In this document: positions 1 through 11,116 of the stretch, in pieces
How positions within the stretch are numbered: the first letter of the stretch is position 1
How the letters are laid out: the number at the start of each line of letters is the position of its first letter
NCBI RefSeq assembly: GCF_001194135.2
Contig: NC_068985.1
Span: 3,745,360 to 3,779,941 of the forward strand
From: Octopus bimaculoides
Lineage: Eukaryota
DNA: 34,582 nt
Reading direction: 5' to 3'
Notes under the pieces: model-generated
The model's input: the letters and a program-made list of their open reading frames with translations, nothing else
Told to the model about the DNA's origin: nothing
The model's database searches: none
Translations under genes and position numbers: made by a program

Positions 1-108
1 GCCAAGGTGGTCGTCTAACATTTATGATTCTCTGGGGAGGAGGGAGACGTGTGTGTGTGTGTGGATAGATAGCAGCATGGAAAATCGATGCTAAAGGACG
101 ATGGTTGC

Positions 109-220
109 GATGATGCTAGAGACAGAGAGACAGATAGAGATAGAGATGATGCTGGAGATAGAGAGACAGATAGAGATAGAGATGATGCTGGAGATAGAGA
201 GACAGATATGGAGAGAGACA
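109..220. repeat. 36-bp minisatellite, about 3 units
   Basis: Unit GATGATGCTGGAGATAGAGAGACAGATAGAGATAGA at 109-144, 145-180 and partially from 181. Confidence 0.9.
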
Positions 221-288
221 TCTTCAAGAGTTATTGGAATCTATTACTGTGTGTGATACTCTATTGATCTTGTCCAGCCTATGTTTAA

Positions 289-507
289 CCCTTTAGCATG
301 TAAACTGACCATATCCACCCCAAATATTCTACCTGTTTTATATTCAAACTGGTCAGATCTGGACTCTCACACCTACCCTACAATCTCATTCTAAAAATAA
401 CAATCACAGCATGAAAATCCCAAAGATACAAGATAATGAGTGATTCATTCAAAGCAATGTAAAGTAATTTGCATTACATTTGGCAGAGGAATCTGAATGC
501 TAAAGGC
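289..507. mobile_element. TTAA-type (piggyBac-like) MITE
   Basis: Left TTAA|CCCTTTAGCAT (285-299); right ATGCTAAAGGC|TGAA (497-511). Near-perfect 11-bp TIR with one decayed TTAA site and no coding capacity. Confidence 0.65.
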
Positions 508-1880
508 TGAAACCAGAAAAGCTTATTGTGTTGTAGTTCTTCTCTTGACAAATTATTCCAAGAAACCCTAACCCTAACCCTATCACCGATAGAATTGTTT
601 CAGAATCGTTTGTTTATGTAGTCGGCACTTAATGTATATCGGCTGAATGGACGTCAGTGATTGGTTGAAATTACAGAAATACGACAACTTTAACATGGAA
701 TAACTTAGGGATTTCTTTTTTTTTNNNNNNNNNNNNNNNNNNNNNNNNNNNNNNNNNNNNNNNNNNNNNNNNNNNNNNNNNNNNNNNNNNNNNNNNNNNN
801 NNNNNNNNNNNNNNNNNNNNNNNNNNNNNNNNNNNNNNNNNNNNNNNNNNNNNNNNNNNNNNNNNNNNNNNNNNNNNNNNNNNNNNNNNNNNNNNNNNNN
901 NNNNNNNNNNNNNNNNNNNNNNNNNNNNNNNNNNNNNNNNNNNNNNNNNNNNNNNNNNNNGATACAGCATTCATTAATTATTGTGAAAACTCACAAAGAT
1001 TAGAAATTCTGAGAGAAATTTAGATTTTATTTATCAAAGTGTTCCTTATGTTCTGTCAAGAATGTTCTTTTCGCGGGAAGAAATGAAAAAAAAAAACATT
1101 AAAAGTATAAAATCAAATTACTGAGAAAGAAATCTCATAATTACTTCATTAAGGAAACAAAGTAAAAAAGAATGAGGGGTGGGGAATTAAGCAGCAGAAG
1201 ATGGAGAAAGAGGGAAAGGTGGGCTCAGACCAAATGGTGCGTTCAGCTGCTCCTTGCAGACATCATTGCAATGGCATTGCTGCAAAGAATGGTTAGTAGC
1301 ACTTGCAATTCTTTGTACTTTCCAGTTAATCTGATAACAAACTGAAAGATCCTTCTTTTAGTTTGTTATCAGTTTGTTATCTGCTAAAAACAGCAGCTAA
1401 ATCTCCCTCAAATCACACCATACTACCTTAAAAGAAACAAAGACGTTGGACAAAGCATGTCTAGAAATCAGTTGGTCACAGTTGATCTAGCAAGCGGGAC
1501 CTCATATCAGAGAGGCAGGCGGGAGCGGGGGGGGGGAGTTGCATTGATGCCGTCGAGAGGTAGGTCCCAAAACGGTGCACATTCTTTCCTGATGGCCCCA
1601 TACACTTGCTGGTTTCTGGTATGCAGAGTTTTTGGCTGGTAACACTTGCATGTGCAAGTTGTTTGCAAAACAAAAAAATTATCTGGAATGCTGTTGATCA
1701 TAAATCTCTTGGAACGGATCAGAATTAGCAGTCAAATATTTGACATTTTAATGGATTTCTGTGATTTCTGAAACAAATGGCCGGCAAAACAGGGTCAACT
1801 TCAAGGTGACAAAGCAATTGCATTTTGGTGGGAAAAGAGGAATTATTATTATGCAACAAAGCGAGATTTCTTATGAACAT

Positions 1881-2497
1881 TGGTTTCGAATTATGGCACA
1901 AGGCCTGCAATTTCGGGGGAGGGGAGAAGTCAATTACAACAACCCCAGTGCTCCACTGGTACTTACTTTATCGACCCCGTCAAAAAGATGGAAGGCAAAG
2001 TCAACCTTGGCAGAATTTGAACTCAGAACATAAAGATGGATGGAATGCTAGAAAGCATTTTGTTCAGCAAGCTATTGATTCAGCCATCTTGCAGCCTTAA
2101 CAACAAATAAGAACCCCAGAGGGATTAAGCTGATTACATTGACCCCAGTACACAACTGGTACTTATTTTATTGACCCTGGAAGTATGGCAGGCAAAGTCA
2201 GCCTCAGCAGAATTTGAAGGCAGTGAGCCTGGCCGAATCGTTAGCACGCCAGGAGAAATGCTTTGTGGTATTTCATTTGCCATTACGTTCTGAGTTCAAA
2301 TTCTTTGCCTTTCATCCTTTCGGGGTCGATAAATTAAGTACCAGTTACGCACTGGGGTGATTGTAATCGACTTAATCCCTTTCTCTGTTCTTGTCTGTCC
2401 ACTCTGTGTATAGCCCCTTGTGGGCAATAAAGAAATAAGAATTAGAACAACTGCTAAGCATTTTGTCCGGCTTGCTAACAATTCTGGCAGCTCGTTA
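1881..2497. mobile_element. SINE family A cluster: minus copy 1881-2098; minus copy ~2119-2218 plus 2438-2497 interrupted by plus copy 2219-2437
   Basis: A-box-like and B-box-like (GAGTTCAAATT) head, core CTTTCATCCTTTCGGGGTCGATAAATTAAGTACCAG. The inner copy is flanked by AGAATTTGAA (2209-2218) and AGAATTAGAA (2438-2447). Confidence 0.9.
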
Positions 2498-2659
2498 ACT
2501 TATATTTCATATTAATATCAATTAAATCGTTAATTAATTATTATTGTCTAATTCTAATGAGAAAATTAAAGAAATATGATCAGTTTTGGCCTCATTTGGG
2601 AGTTTTATTTATTGGTGTAAGTAACCACAATATATCAGTCACACTGCAAGATGGCTGAA

Positions 2660-2767
2660 GTAGAAAGATTTGAGAGAGAGAGAGGAGGGACGGGAGAGGG
2701 AGAGAGAGATAATGAGAGAGAAAGAGAGAGAGAGCAGAGAGAGAGAGAATGAGAGAGAGAGGGGATA

Positions 2768-2806
<39 letters not shown>

Positions 2807-2905
2807 GGAGAAAGAGAGAGAGCAGGGAGAAAGAGAGAATGAGAGAGAGGGGAGGAGAGAGAGAGAGAGAGAGGTGGGGGCAGGGAGAGGAAGGGCAAGA
2901 GAGAG
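2660..2905. repeat. (GA)n-rich compound polypurine tract
   Basis: Interrupted GA repeats; source of the SLSLSL and RERERE ORFs. Confidence 0.95.
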
Positions 2906-3039
2906 GATGCGAGAGAAATACTGCAGCAATCAAAGAACAATATTTTCCAAAAATCGTCTTGAATCATGGTGAAATCTTTGAACACAGAAACTGGATGTGT
3001 CTGCTCCAAATTCTTTTGCTATTTACAGTGGAAGTTACC

Positions 3040-3600
3040 TGGTGACCCTGCTGGAACTGGTGCCAATTGGAAAGCAACTGTGCTGGAACCACAGGAAAAG
3101 AATCTGTGCTGGTGCCAGGCAGAAACCACTGGTGCCGGTACCATGTAAGAACCATCCAGTACACTCTGTAAAGTAGTTGGTACCAGAACGGGCATCCAAC
3201 TGTAGAGACCATTTCAAAAGAGACCATTCCAAACGAGACCACTCCAAAAGAGACCATTCCAAAAGAGACCATTCCAAAAGAGACCATTCCAAAAGAGACC
3301 ACTCCAAAAGAGACCATTCCAAAAGAGACCATTCCAAAAGAGACCATTTCAAAAGAGACCATTCCAAAAGAGACCATTCCAAAAGTGACCATTCCAAAAG
3401 AGACCACTCCAAAAGAGACCATTCCAAAAGAGACCATTCCAAAAGAGACCATTTCAAAAGACACCACTCCAAAAGAGACCATTCCAAAAGAGACCACTGG
3501 AGCTTAGTGCAGCTCTCCACTTCACCAACAACCCATGCCAGCATCCAACCATCCAACCTATGCCAGCAGGAAAAATGGATGTTAAATAATGATGATGATG
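3040..3600 (+). mobile_element. Family C retroposon 3' end, (GAT)n tail, containing a minisatellite
   Basis: GTACACTCTGTAAAGTAGTTGG..GGGCATCCAACTGTAGAGACC, then CCAACCTATGCCAGCAGGAAAAATGGATGTTAAATAATGATGATGATG. Aligns by eye to 7690-7975. Confidence 0.75.
3204..3497. repeat. 15-bp minisatellite AGAGACCATTCCAAA, 19 full units plus 9 nt
   Basis: Direct count; explains the (RDHSK)n, (MVSFG)n and (EWSLL)n ORFs. Confidence 0.97.
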
Positions 3601-3929
3601 TGGGAGGCAGATTTACCTGGATGGCATTGAGAAAAAAAATCCTTTTCTTATACTGTGAGAAGCAGAGACACTCTCCATGCCACAAAAGATAATTCTTCAG
3701 ATTTTCTCAATGCTTTCACATATTTCACCAAATTTCTCTTTACAGAACAAGAATAAAATATGGGGTGCGGGGGGGGGGGTGAATATGAAAACAGAACTTA
3801 TAGCAGAGACAGGAAATGTTGGTTGTATTTTCTGGTGGGTAATTAACGTCGTTATGGGAATTGAGCACAAAGTTTAATGACGCAGTCAAAGGGTTAAAGC
3901 TTTCCTTCTTATGAAAGAGACAATTATCT

Positions 3930-4400
3930 GAGATCGTCATTACCATCTTCATCATCATCATCATCATCATCATTGTCGTTGTCATTGTCATCATTGTTGT
4001 CATCATCAACCTTGTCATTTTCATTGTCGTCATCATCACCATCATCATCATCATAGTCATTCGTATTACCATCTCTATAATCATCATCTTCACCATTGCT
4101 GTGATTGTCGCTTTCATTACTATTGTGAGCATACTTGTTATCATCATCCTTGTGATCATCAGTTCTTATCTCATCATCCTCATCATCATCGTCGTCGTCG
4201 TCATCATCATCATCACCATCATTCAATGTCCGTTTTCCAAGATGGTATGGATGGGATGGTTTGACAGGAACTGGTAAGTCAGAAGACCATCTGACATGCA
4301 AGTCCCTGACTTGCTGCTCTTTGCTTTGGCAATGGTTTCTCCAGCTGGATGCCCTTCCCAACTTCAACCGGTCCATTGGCTGTCTTTTCCATGGGTTTTG
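3930..4400 (-). mobile_element. Old family C copy with an expanded, degenerate (GAT)n tail (3930-4220)
   Basis: CATTCAATGTCCGTTTTCCA..GGTTTGACAGGAACTGG..CAGCTGGATGCCCTTCC is the reverse complement of the family C end. The poly-D and poly-M ORFs are artefacts of the tail. Confidence 0.75.
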
Positions 4401-5018
4401 GGTGCTTAAGATACTTCATATTTAAACAATAACTAATATTTGTATTTGATATTAGTCTTTTTGCTACAAAACTAATTTTTTTGACACTTGCCAAATCTGG
4501 AAGAAGAAGCAGAACCCATGATTCACATAGGCACCACTATATTCAACCCTGCCAATTGCCAATGAAATAACTGATTAAAATACTCCCTTTCCATTCAGCT
4601 TTATTCTTGATCCTAACTCATCAACTCTGCGGAGATGAAAGGAATCAATTTTGATATGACTTGAATTCAAAAACAGGGAAATCAAAATACAATTTTATAA
4701 AACGAAAATTCGTTTGATCTGTTTATCTTGGCGAACTCTACTTTTTTTACCTGTAATAAATAATGGAAGGATCTTACAAAATAACAGGGAAGAGCTATTG
4801 TTGGTTAAATTGACTTCAGGACATGACTAGAATATAATTTATCACACAAAAGGGAGATGAAAAGCAATAAGAAAGGAACTGAATGCCATAATATATGTAA
4901 GTTTTCTTCTACGCAGAGATAATCTACGTGGAGATAATGTTAAAGGTTTATATTTCAATGATTGAAGGTGTAGGAAAGGCTTTCAGCATACAAGAGAACC
5001 CTAACATTGATGCATTTT

Positions 5019-5051
<33 letters not shown>

Positions 5052-5463
5052 AAGCATGCACATGCACACATGCAAACATTTACACGTATGCGTACGAATG
5101 TTCTTGTGATAAACTATGCTTTATTCCATAAACTGTTTCTTGTTAAATATATTTCGCAAAAGAGACACAATCTGAGAAATGAGCCCTGCAAAGTGGGGTG
5201 GCTGTTGCAGCAAGTGGCACTGGCCATTTTCTCACTCGCCGTTCTCTGTGCCTTTGCAATCATGTCTGGGCTTCGTTTGCTTTGAGGTGTACAACCCAGT
5301 ACTCCCTTCACCCCCTCATCTTCTACTGCTTAATTCCCCCAGCCCCAACCCTCAAAACATCTTTTCTTTGTTTCCATGGTGATGATGTCATGAGTTTTGT
5401 TTCTCTCAATAATTTGATCGTTATTGCTTCTTTTAATGTTTTTTTTTCTTTCTTTTCTTCCTG

Positions 5464-5565
5464 CAAAGTAGAAGACACTTGCCCAAGGTGCCACGCAGTG
5501 GGACTGAACCCGGAACCATGTGGTTCGTAAGCAAGCTATTTACCACACAGCCACTCCTACACCTA
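5464..5565 (-). mobile_element. SINE family B 5' half (tRNA head plus CORE-like segment)
   Basis: Reverse complement of GTGGCTGTGTGGTAA..GGTTCCGGGTTCAGTCCCACTGCGTGGCACCTTGGGCAAGTGTCTTCTAC. Confidence 0.9.
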
Positions 5566-6093
5566 TCTGGTTATTATTTTATCAAGGATGAAAGACAAAG
5601 CCTAATTGGCCAGAATTTGGACTCAGAATCTTAAGAGATTGAACAAAGTAAAAGACATTTTATTGATGTCCCATAATTAATGTATGTGTTTCATTTCAAT
5701 GCTTATTAACTGCAGATTTTCGTCTCGGGAAAACCTCACCTCTAAACTAGACAGAACAAATCCCTCAAAGGTGAACTGGTGGATACCGATATTTCGCTGT
5801 TATTTCAGCTAATTGCTACTGTATACTAGAGTCACCCTGGAAACGCATTAAAATTGCTGGTCTGAGGTTTTATGCAAAACAGCATAAAATCCTTCCCACT
5901 GAGGCGTGGCAGTGCCGCCCAAGTAAAACATTTTGAATTAAACAAAACACAAACATTACATATGTGACATCAATAATATTTATATTATTAGTGCTGCTTC
6001 TAACGGAAAATTAAATTTTGCATTACAAGATATTAAATTATTGTTTTACAATTTCTGCCAGTCTGCTGGTCTCACTAATAATGATTTAAAATT

Positions 6094-6463
6094 AAGGCGT
6101 CGAGCTAGCAGAAATGTTAGCATGCTGGGGCAAATGCTTAGCAGTATTTCGTCTGCTGTTACGTTCTGAGTTCAAATTCTGCTGAGGTCGACTTTGCATT
6201 TCGTCCTTTCAGGGTCGATTAAATAAGTACCAGTTACTGGGGTTGATATAATCGACTTAATCCCTTCATCTGTCCTTGTTTGTCCCCTCTATGTTTAGCC
6301 CCCTGTGGGTAATAAAGAAATAAATAATGATTTAAAATTTTGAGACAAGGGCAGTAGGTTTAGAGCCTCGGTGGCATTTGAACTCCGAACATAAAGTTGG
6401 ACAAAATGTCGGTGTTAAGCATTTTTGTCCAACACAGCAACAATTCTGTCAGTTTGCCGCCTT
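6094..6463. mobile_element. Family A plus copy 6094-6322 with 17-bp TSD, abutting an older minus copy 6323-6463
   Basis: Perfect direct repeat AATAATGATTTAAAATT at 6077-6093 and 6323-6339. Confidence 0.9.
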
Positions 6464-6872
6464 CTCAATAATAATTATAATGAGATTCATGGCATCTTAT
6501 TCCAAGTATTAAAGACCTGACCATTATAATTAGGCACCTTAATGTAAAAAATAACGACGTCTTGAAAAGGTACAAATCTCACCATCAGCTGAAATTATTG
6601 GAATGAAGTTTAACTAAAATTCCACAGAATAAATATTATCTCTCTACAACCAGCTTGGAGATATGCAGGATTAGATAAATGGCTATTCTGGAAATATTAT
6701 CCAGTATTGTCTGAGCAGTGCTAGGACGTCAGCCTTGCAATAATTTCATGATACTTAATTTGGTTATTCCTGAATTTGGTGATCTGTGTTAGATCCCTAG
6801 TTTCTTGAATAAATATGAAGTGATCCATTTCTGAAAACATTAAACTTGTAATACTCAAAACAAAAACTAACA

Positions 6873-7370
6873 TCATCGTCATTTAACGTCCGCTTTCCAT
6901 GCTAGTATGGGTTGGACGGTTTGACTAAGGACTGGTGAGCCAGAAGGCTGCGCCAGGCTCAATCTGATCTGGCAGTGTTTCTAGAGCTGGATGCTCTTCC
7001 TAACACCAACCACTCCGTGAGTATAGTGGGTGCTTTTATGCGCCACCGGCACAAGGGCCAGTCAGGCAGTTCTGGCAACGACCATGAGCAAAAGGTGTTT
7101 TTTACACGCTACCTGCACTGGAGCCAGTTCGGCGGCACTGGCAACGACCACATTCGAACGTTGTTTTTCATGTGTCACCGGCACATGTGCCGGTAAGGCG
7201 ATGCTGGCAATGATCACGCTCAAATGGTGCATTTTATGTGCCACCGGCACGGGAGCCAATCCATGGCCCTGGCAACGATCACACTCAGATGTGCTTTTAA
7301 CGTTCCACTGGCACGAATGCCTGTCAGGCGGTACTGTCATCGGCCACGTCAGCGATTTTGATTTCTCTCA
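6873..7370 (-). mobile_element. Family C copy with about five ~65-bp internal tandem units
   Basis: Terminus CATCATCGTCATTTAACGTCCGCTTTCCATGC; repeated GGTGCTTTTA..CACCGGCAC..CTGGCAACGA units at 7030-7360. Confidence 0.85.
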
Positions 7371-7529
7371 TAAATATGCTTCTGGAAGCTTAGCACCAGG
7401 AATATACAGGAAGGAATGACAGGGACTGTGACAATATTTTCACACTTTGATTAGAACTGCTGAGCAAAACTAGCATCGAGTGAAATCACTGTGCTTTAAA
7501 GGAAACTGGTAAAACATGGAAAGAGATGC

Positions 7530-7984
7530 AGCTTCGCTGTACGGTAAGAAGTTGGCTTCTTGACCACTTGGATTTGAGTTCAGTCCCACTGCATGGCACC
7601 TTGGGCAAGTGTCTTCTACTATGGCCTTGGATTGGCCAAAAGCCTTGTGAGTGCATTTGGTAGAAGGAAACTGAAAGAAGCCCATCATTTATGCCGCCTG
7701 ACTGACTCCCATGCTGGCGGCACATAAAAAGCAGTATTTAAGCGTGGTTGATGCCAGTGCCACCTAACTTGCTGCTGTGCCGGTGGCACGTAAAAACACC
7801 CACTACACTCTCAGAATGGTTGGCATTAGGAAGGGCATCCAGTTGTAGAAACCTTGCCAAATCAGTTTGGAGCCTGGTGCAGCCTTCTGGCTTGCCAGTG
7901 CTCAGTCAAACGGTCCAACCCATGTCAGCATGGAAAGCAGACGTTAAACAGCGATGATGATGATGATATATGTGTGGGGTGTGT

Positions 7985-8016
<32 letters not shown>

Positions 8017-8240
8017 TTGTCCCCTACCACTATTTGACAACCGGATAACTGGTGTTAGTCTATTTACATCCCTGAAGCTAAGCAGTTAAGTTAATGAGAA
8101 CACTGGAATATAAACCAGGCATAAAAATAGAATTAAAAAATGCACTGGTGTTGATTCATTCAACAAAAAGGTCTTCGGAGTGGTGCCCCAGTATGGCCAC
8201 AATCAAATGATTGAAACAAGTCAACGAGAAAAGATAGAAG
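7530..8240 (+). mobile_element. Family B SINE (head 7530-7686, tail 7975-8240) with a family C 3' end nested inside (7690-7975)
   Basis: The B head ends at GAAACTGAAAGAAGCCC; family C runs to GATGATGATGAT; B resumes with (GT)n TTTGTCCC..GATTGAAACAAGT. Confidence 0.85.
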
Positions 8241-8637
8241 AATGATGCTTAACTTCCTTTGAATTTGAATTTTTATGTAAATTATTTTTTGCCTAATTAT
8301 TCGTGACTTTTAAATTACAAGCCTTGTCACAAAGTAATCAGTTATTGCTAATTAACCTCTTTTCTTTTGCCATGCTTCAATAATCTTTTGCAATTTCGGT
8401 GACATTATCTTTCAAACATTATAAAAAACACAAAAGTAAGATAAAAATTGAAATAATTTTGGTTTTAATAGATTCAACTGGTTAATAATGTAGAAACCAA
8501 AAACAAACAAAAAAAAATAACGTTCTGGGCCCAATGTCTGAGGAGAGGGAAACAGGGATGAGTAAAGGAAGGAAATAAAAGATGGAAAGTTGTCTTATTA
8601 TAGTAACTGAAAAGTGCAGGGGTTAGTGGGGACGACA

Positions 8638-9856
8638 GGAATCCTACTCTCAACATTGGCAAATGTTGGAATCCGTGGAAAACTTCTGCACTGGATTAAG
8701 TATTTCCTGAATCGAACGCAACATGCTGGGGTCGATGGAGTCCACTCAAGCCCGGCAAAAGTCACCAGTGCTGTCCCTCAGGGGACTGTCTTGGGCCCGC
8801 TCCTCTTTATAATTTACATAAAGGACCTTTCCAGCGTCGTAAATCACTGCAAAATGAAAATATTTGCTGATGACACTAAGCTCCAGCAAATCATCAAAGA
8901 AGAAGACCGAACCCAACTCCAGACTGATCTATATGCGGCGAGTCAATGGGCAGATAAAAACAAAATGAAACTGGACGATGGAAAATTTGAGCTGATGCAT
9001 CTTGGAAGAAAGTCTATATTAAAACAGCCATACTCCCTTCCTTCAGGGGAACTGCTCACGGCATCCAATAATATCAGAGATCTGGGTGTAATTGTTGGCA
9101 ACAATCTCGATTGGAGTGCCCACATCAACAATAAGGTCAATATAGCTCGTAGGATGAGCTCCTGGATCTTAAGAACCTTCCAGTCCAGAGAACAATGTGT
9201 CATCATTCCACTTTTCTCCTCCTTTGTATGGCCACACCTCGAATACTGCTGCCCCTTGTGGTCTCTCCATACAAAACAAAACATCTCGAGGATTGAATCA
9301 CCCCAGAGGGCACTCACCAAACGAATTGAAGGCATGACTGATCTTGATTACTGGGACTGCCTTAAAGCCTTGAAGCTCTACTCTCTCCAGCGCCACCGCG
9401 AGTGGTACATCATTTGTACGATGTGGAGAATATACTGCCAGCATTGCCCAAACGACCTGAGCATTAGTTTCAAGGTTCATCCAAGGCTGGGATCACGGGC
9501 CATACGTCCCCTGCCCAATTCAGGATCACAACATGTAGGTACACTACACAACATATAGGTACATTTCTTTTTCTCAGCAGGCTCTGCCCTGTTTAACATT
9601 GTCCCGTAACAGTTAAAAGAGGAAAAGGATCCTAACATCTTTAAATGGAATCTAGACAGATTTCTTCAAGGAATATCAGATAAACCACCCATATCTGGAT
9701 ACAACTCACTCAACAAGAACTCACTACTTGAATGGACCATAGACCAAACTTGACTTTAAAAGGGTTTAGATAATTCTATCAAGTGGTGCTATTAAGTTAG
9801 ACACAGCCTGGACCAATCTTTGGTCGAAACATATCTAAGTTTTTATCTAAGTTTCT
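8638..9856 (+). mobile_element. 5'-truncated CR1/L2-group non-LTR retrotransposon, RT and C-terminal region (non-autonomous fossil)
   Basis: The ORF has VPQGTVLGPLLFIIYI, KIFADDTKL, IRDLGV and PHLEYCCPLW. After the stop at 9556-9558 the C-terminus continues degenerately (ALFNIVP*..FKWNLDRFL..DKPPISGY..NSLLEW). The end has the stem-loop GACCA-ATCTT-TGGTC (9811-9825) and a repeated TATCTAAGTTT tail running into a gap. Exact clade not resolved. Confidence 0.9.
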
Positions 9857-10410
9857 NNNNNNNNNNNNNNNNNNNNNNNNNNNNNNNNNNNNNNNNNNNN
9901 NNNNNNNNNNNNNNNNNNNNNNNNNNNNNNNNNNNNNNNNNNNNNNNNNNNNNNNNNNNNNNNNNNNNNNNNNNNNNNNNNNNNNNNNNNNNNNNNNNNN
10001 NNNNNNNNNNNNNNNNNNNNNNNNNNNNNNNNNNNNNNNNNNNNNNNNNNNNNNNNNNNNNNNNNNNNNNNNNNNNNNNNNNNNNNNNNNNNNNNNNNNN
10101 NNNNNNNNNNNNNNNNNNNNNNNNNNNNNNNNNNNNNNNNNNNNNNNNNNNNNNNNNNNNNNNNNNNNNNNNNNNNNNNNNNNNNNNNNNNNNNNNNNNN
10201 NNNNNNNNNNNNNNNNNNNNNNNNNNNNNNNNNNNNNNNNNNNNNNNNNNNNNNNNNNNNNNNNNNNNNNNNNNNNNNNNNNNNNNNNNNNNNNNNNNNN
10301 NNNNNNNNNNNNNNNNNNNNNNNNNNNNNNNNNNNNNNNNNNNNNNNNNNNNNNNNNNNNNNNNNNNNNNNNNNNNNNNNNNNNNNNNNNNNNNNNNNNN
10401 NNNNNNNNNN

Positions 10411-10468
<58 letters not shown>

Positions 10469-10699
10469 AGAGAGGAAGAGAGAGAGAGATGGGTTGCAGT
10501 CAAAAGGCTTGCTTTGCAGACAATTGTTTTGAACTGGCAGCTGACGCATAGTCGCTCATTCTGCTGAAAATAACAGCCAGACTTCTCACAAATGAAACCC
10601 CTAAGCCGTGAGTATATTGAACATTATATTTCTTGGTATATAAAACGGCAGGGGTTTCATGACTAAAACATCTTTCATCAATTGTTTTGTTACGAATGA

Positions 10700-10805
10700 T
10701 CTGGCTTCTCCATTACATGGCAAATTGGACAAGAGTCTGCTTGCCCTGGGCTAACAAAAGCCTTGTAAATAGATCGGATAGATGGAAACTGAAATGAATC
10801 CCTTG
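10700..10805 (+). mobile_element. Degraded family B fragment, followed by (CA)n tracts to 11038
   Basis: GCCCTGGGCTAACAAAAGCCTTGTAAATAGAT..GATGGAAACTGAAATGAATCCC. Confidence 0.6.
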
Positions 10806-10922
10806 TACACACACATACACACACACACATACACACACACACATCCCCATCTGTACACACATGGACATCCCCATCTGTAAATTTTCACTCACAAAACCAA
10901 GCCAAGTGCATGCACTCGCGTG

Positions 10923-11039
<117 letters not shown>

Positions 11040-11116
11040 TCAGGGAGCGCCTGTTTTTTGAGAACATCTCTTTCAAGTGCTTTAGCTTTTTTCTATTGTT
11101 TTTTACTTACTAAATA

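Noticed and set aside
564-581. Telomere-like (AACCCT)3
   Set aside because: Only three units, probably within a dispersed repeat; no evidence of a fusion site.
1255-1312. Weak antisense similarity to 5212-5272
   Set aside because: Probably an old dispersed repeat, but too short and diverged to define.
3204-3497. Possible CRISPR-like array
   Set aside because: Contiguous tandem units with no spacers, in a eukaryotic context.
3177-3692. (RDHSK)n repeat-protein ORF and its antisense counterparts
   Set aside because: Product of a stop-free 15-bp minisatellite inside a retroposon; no splice or start context.
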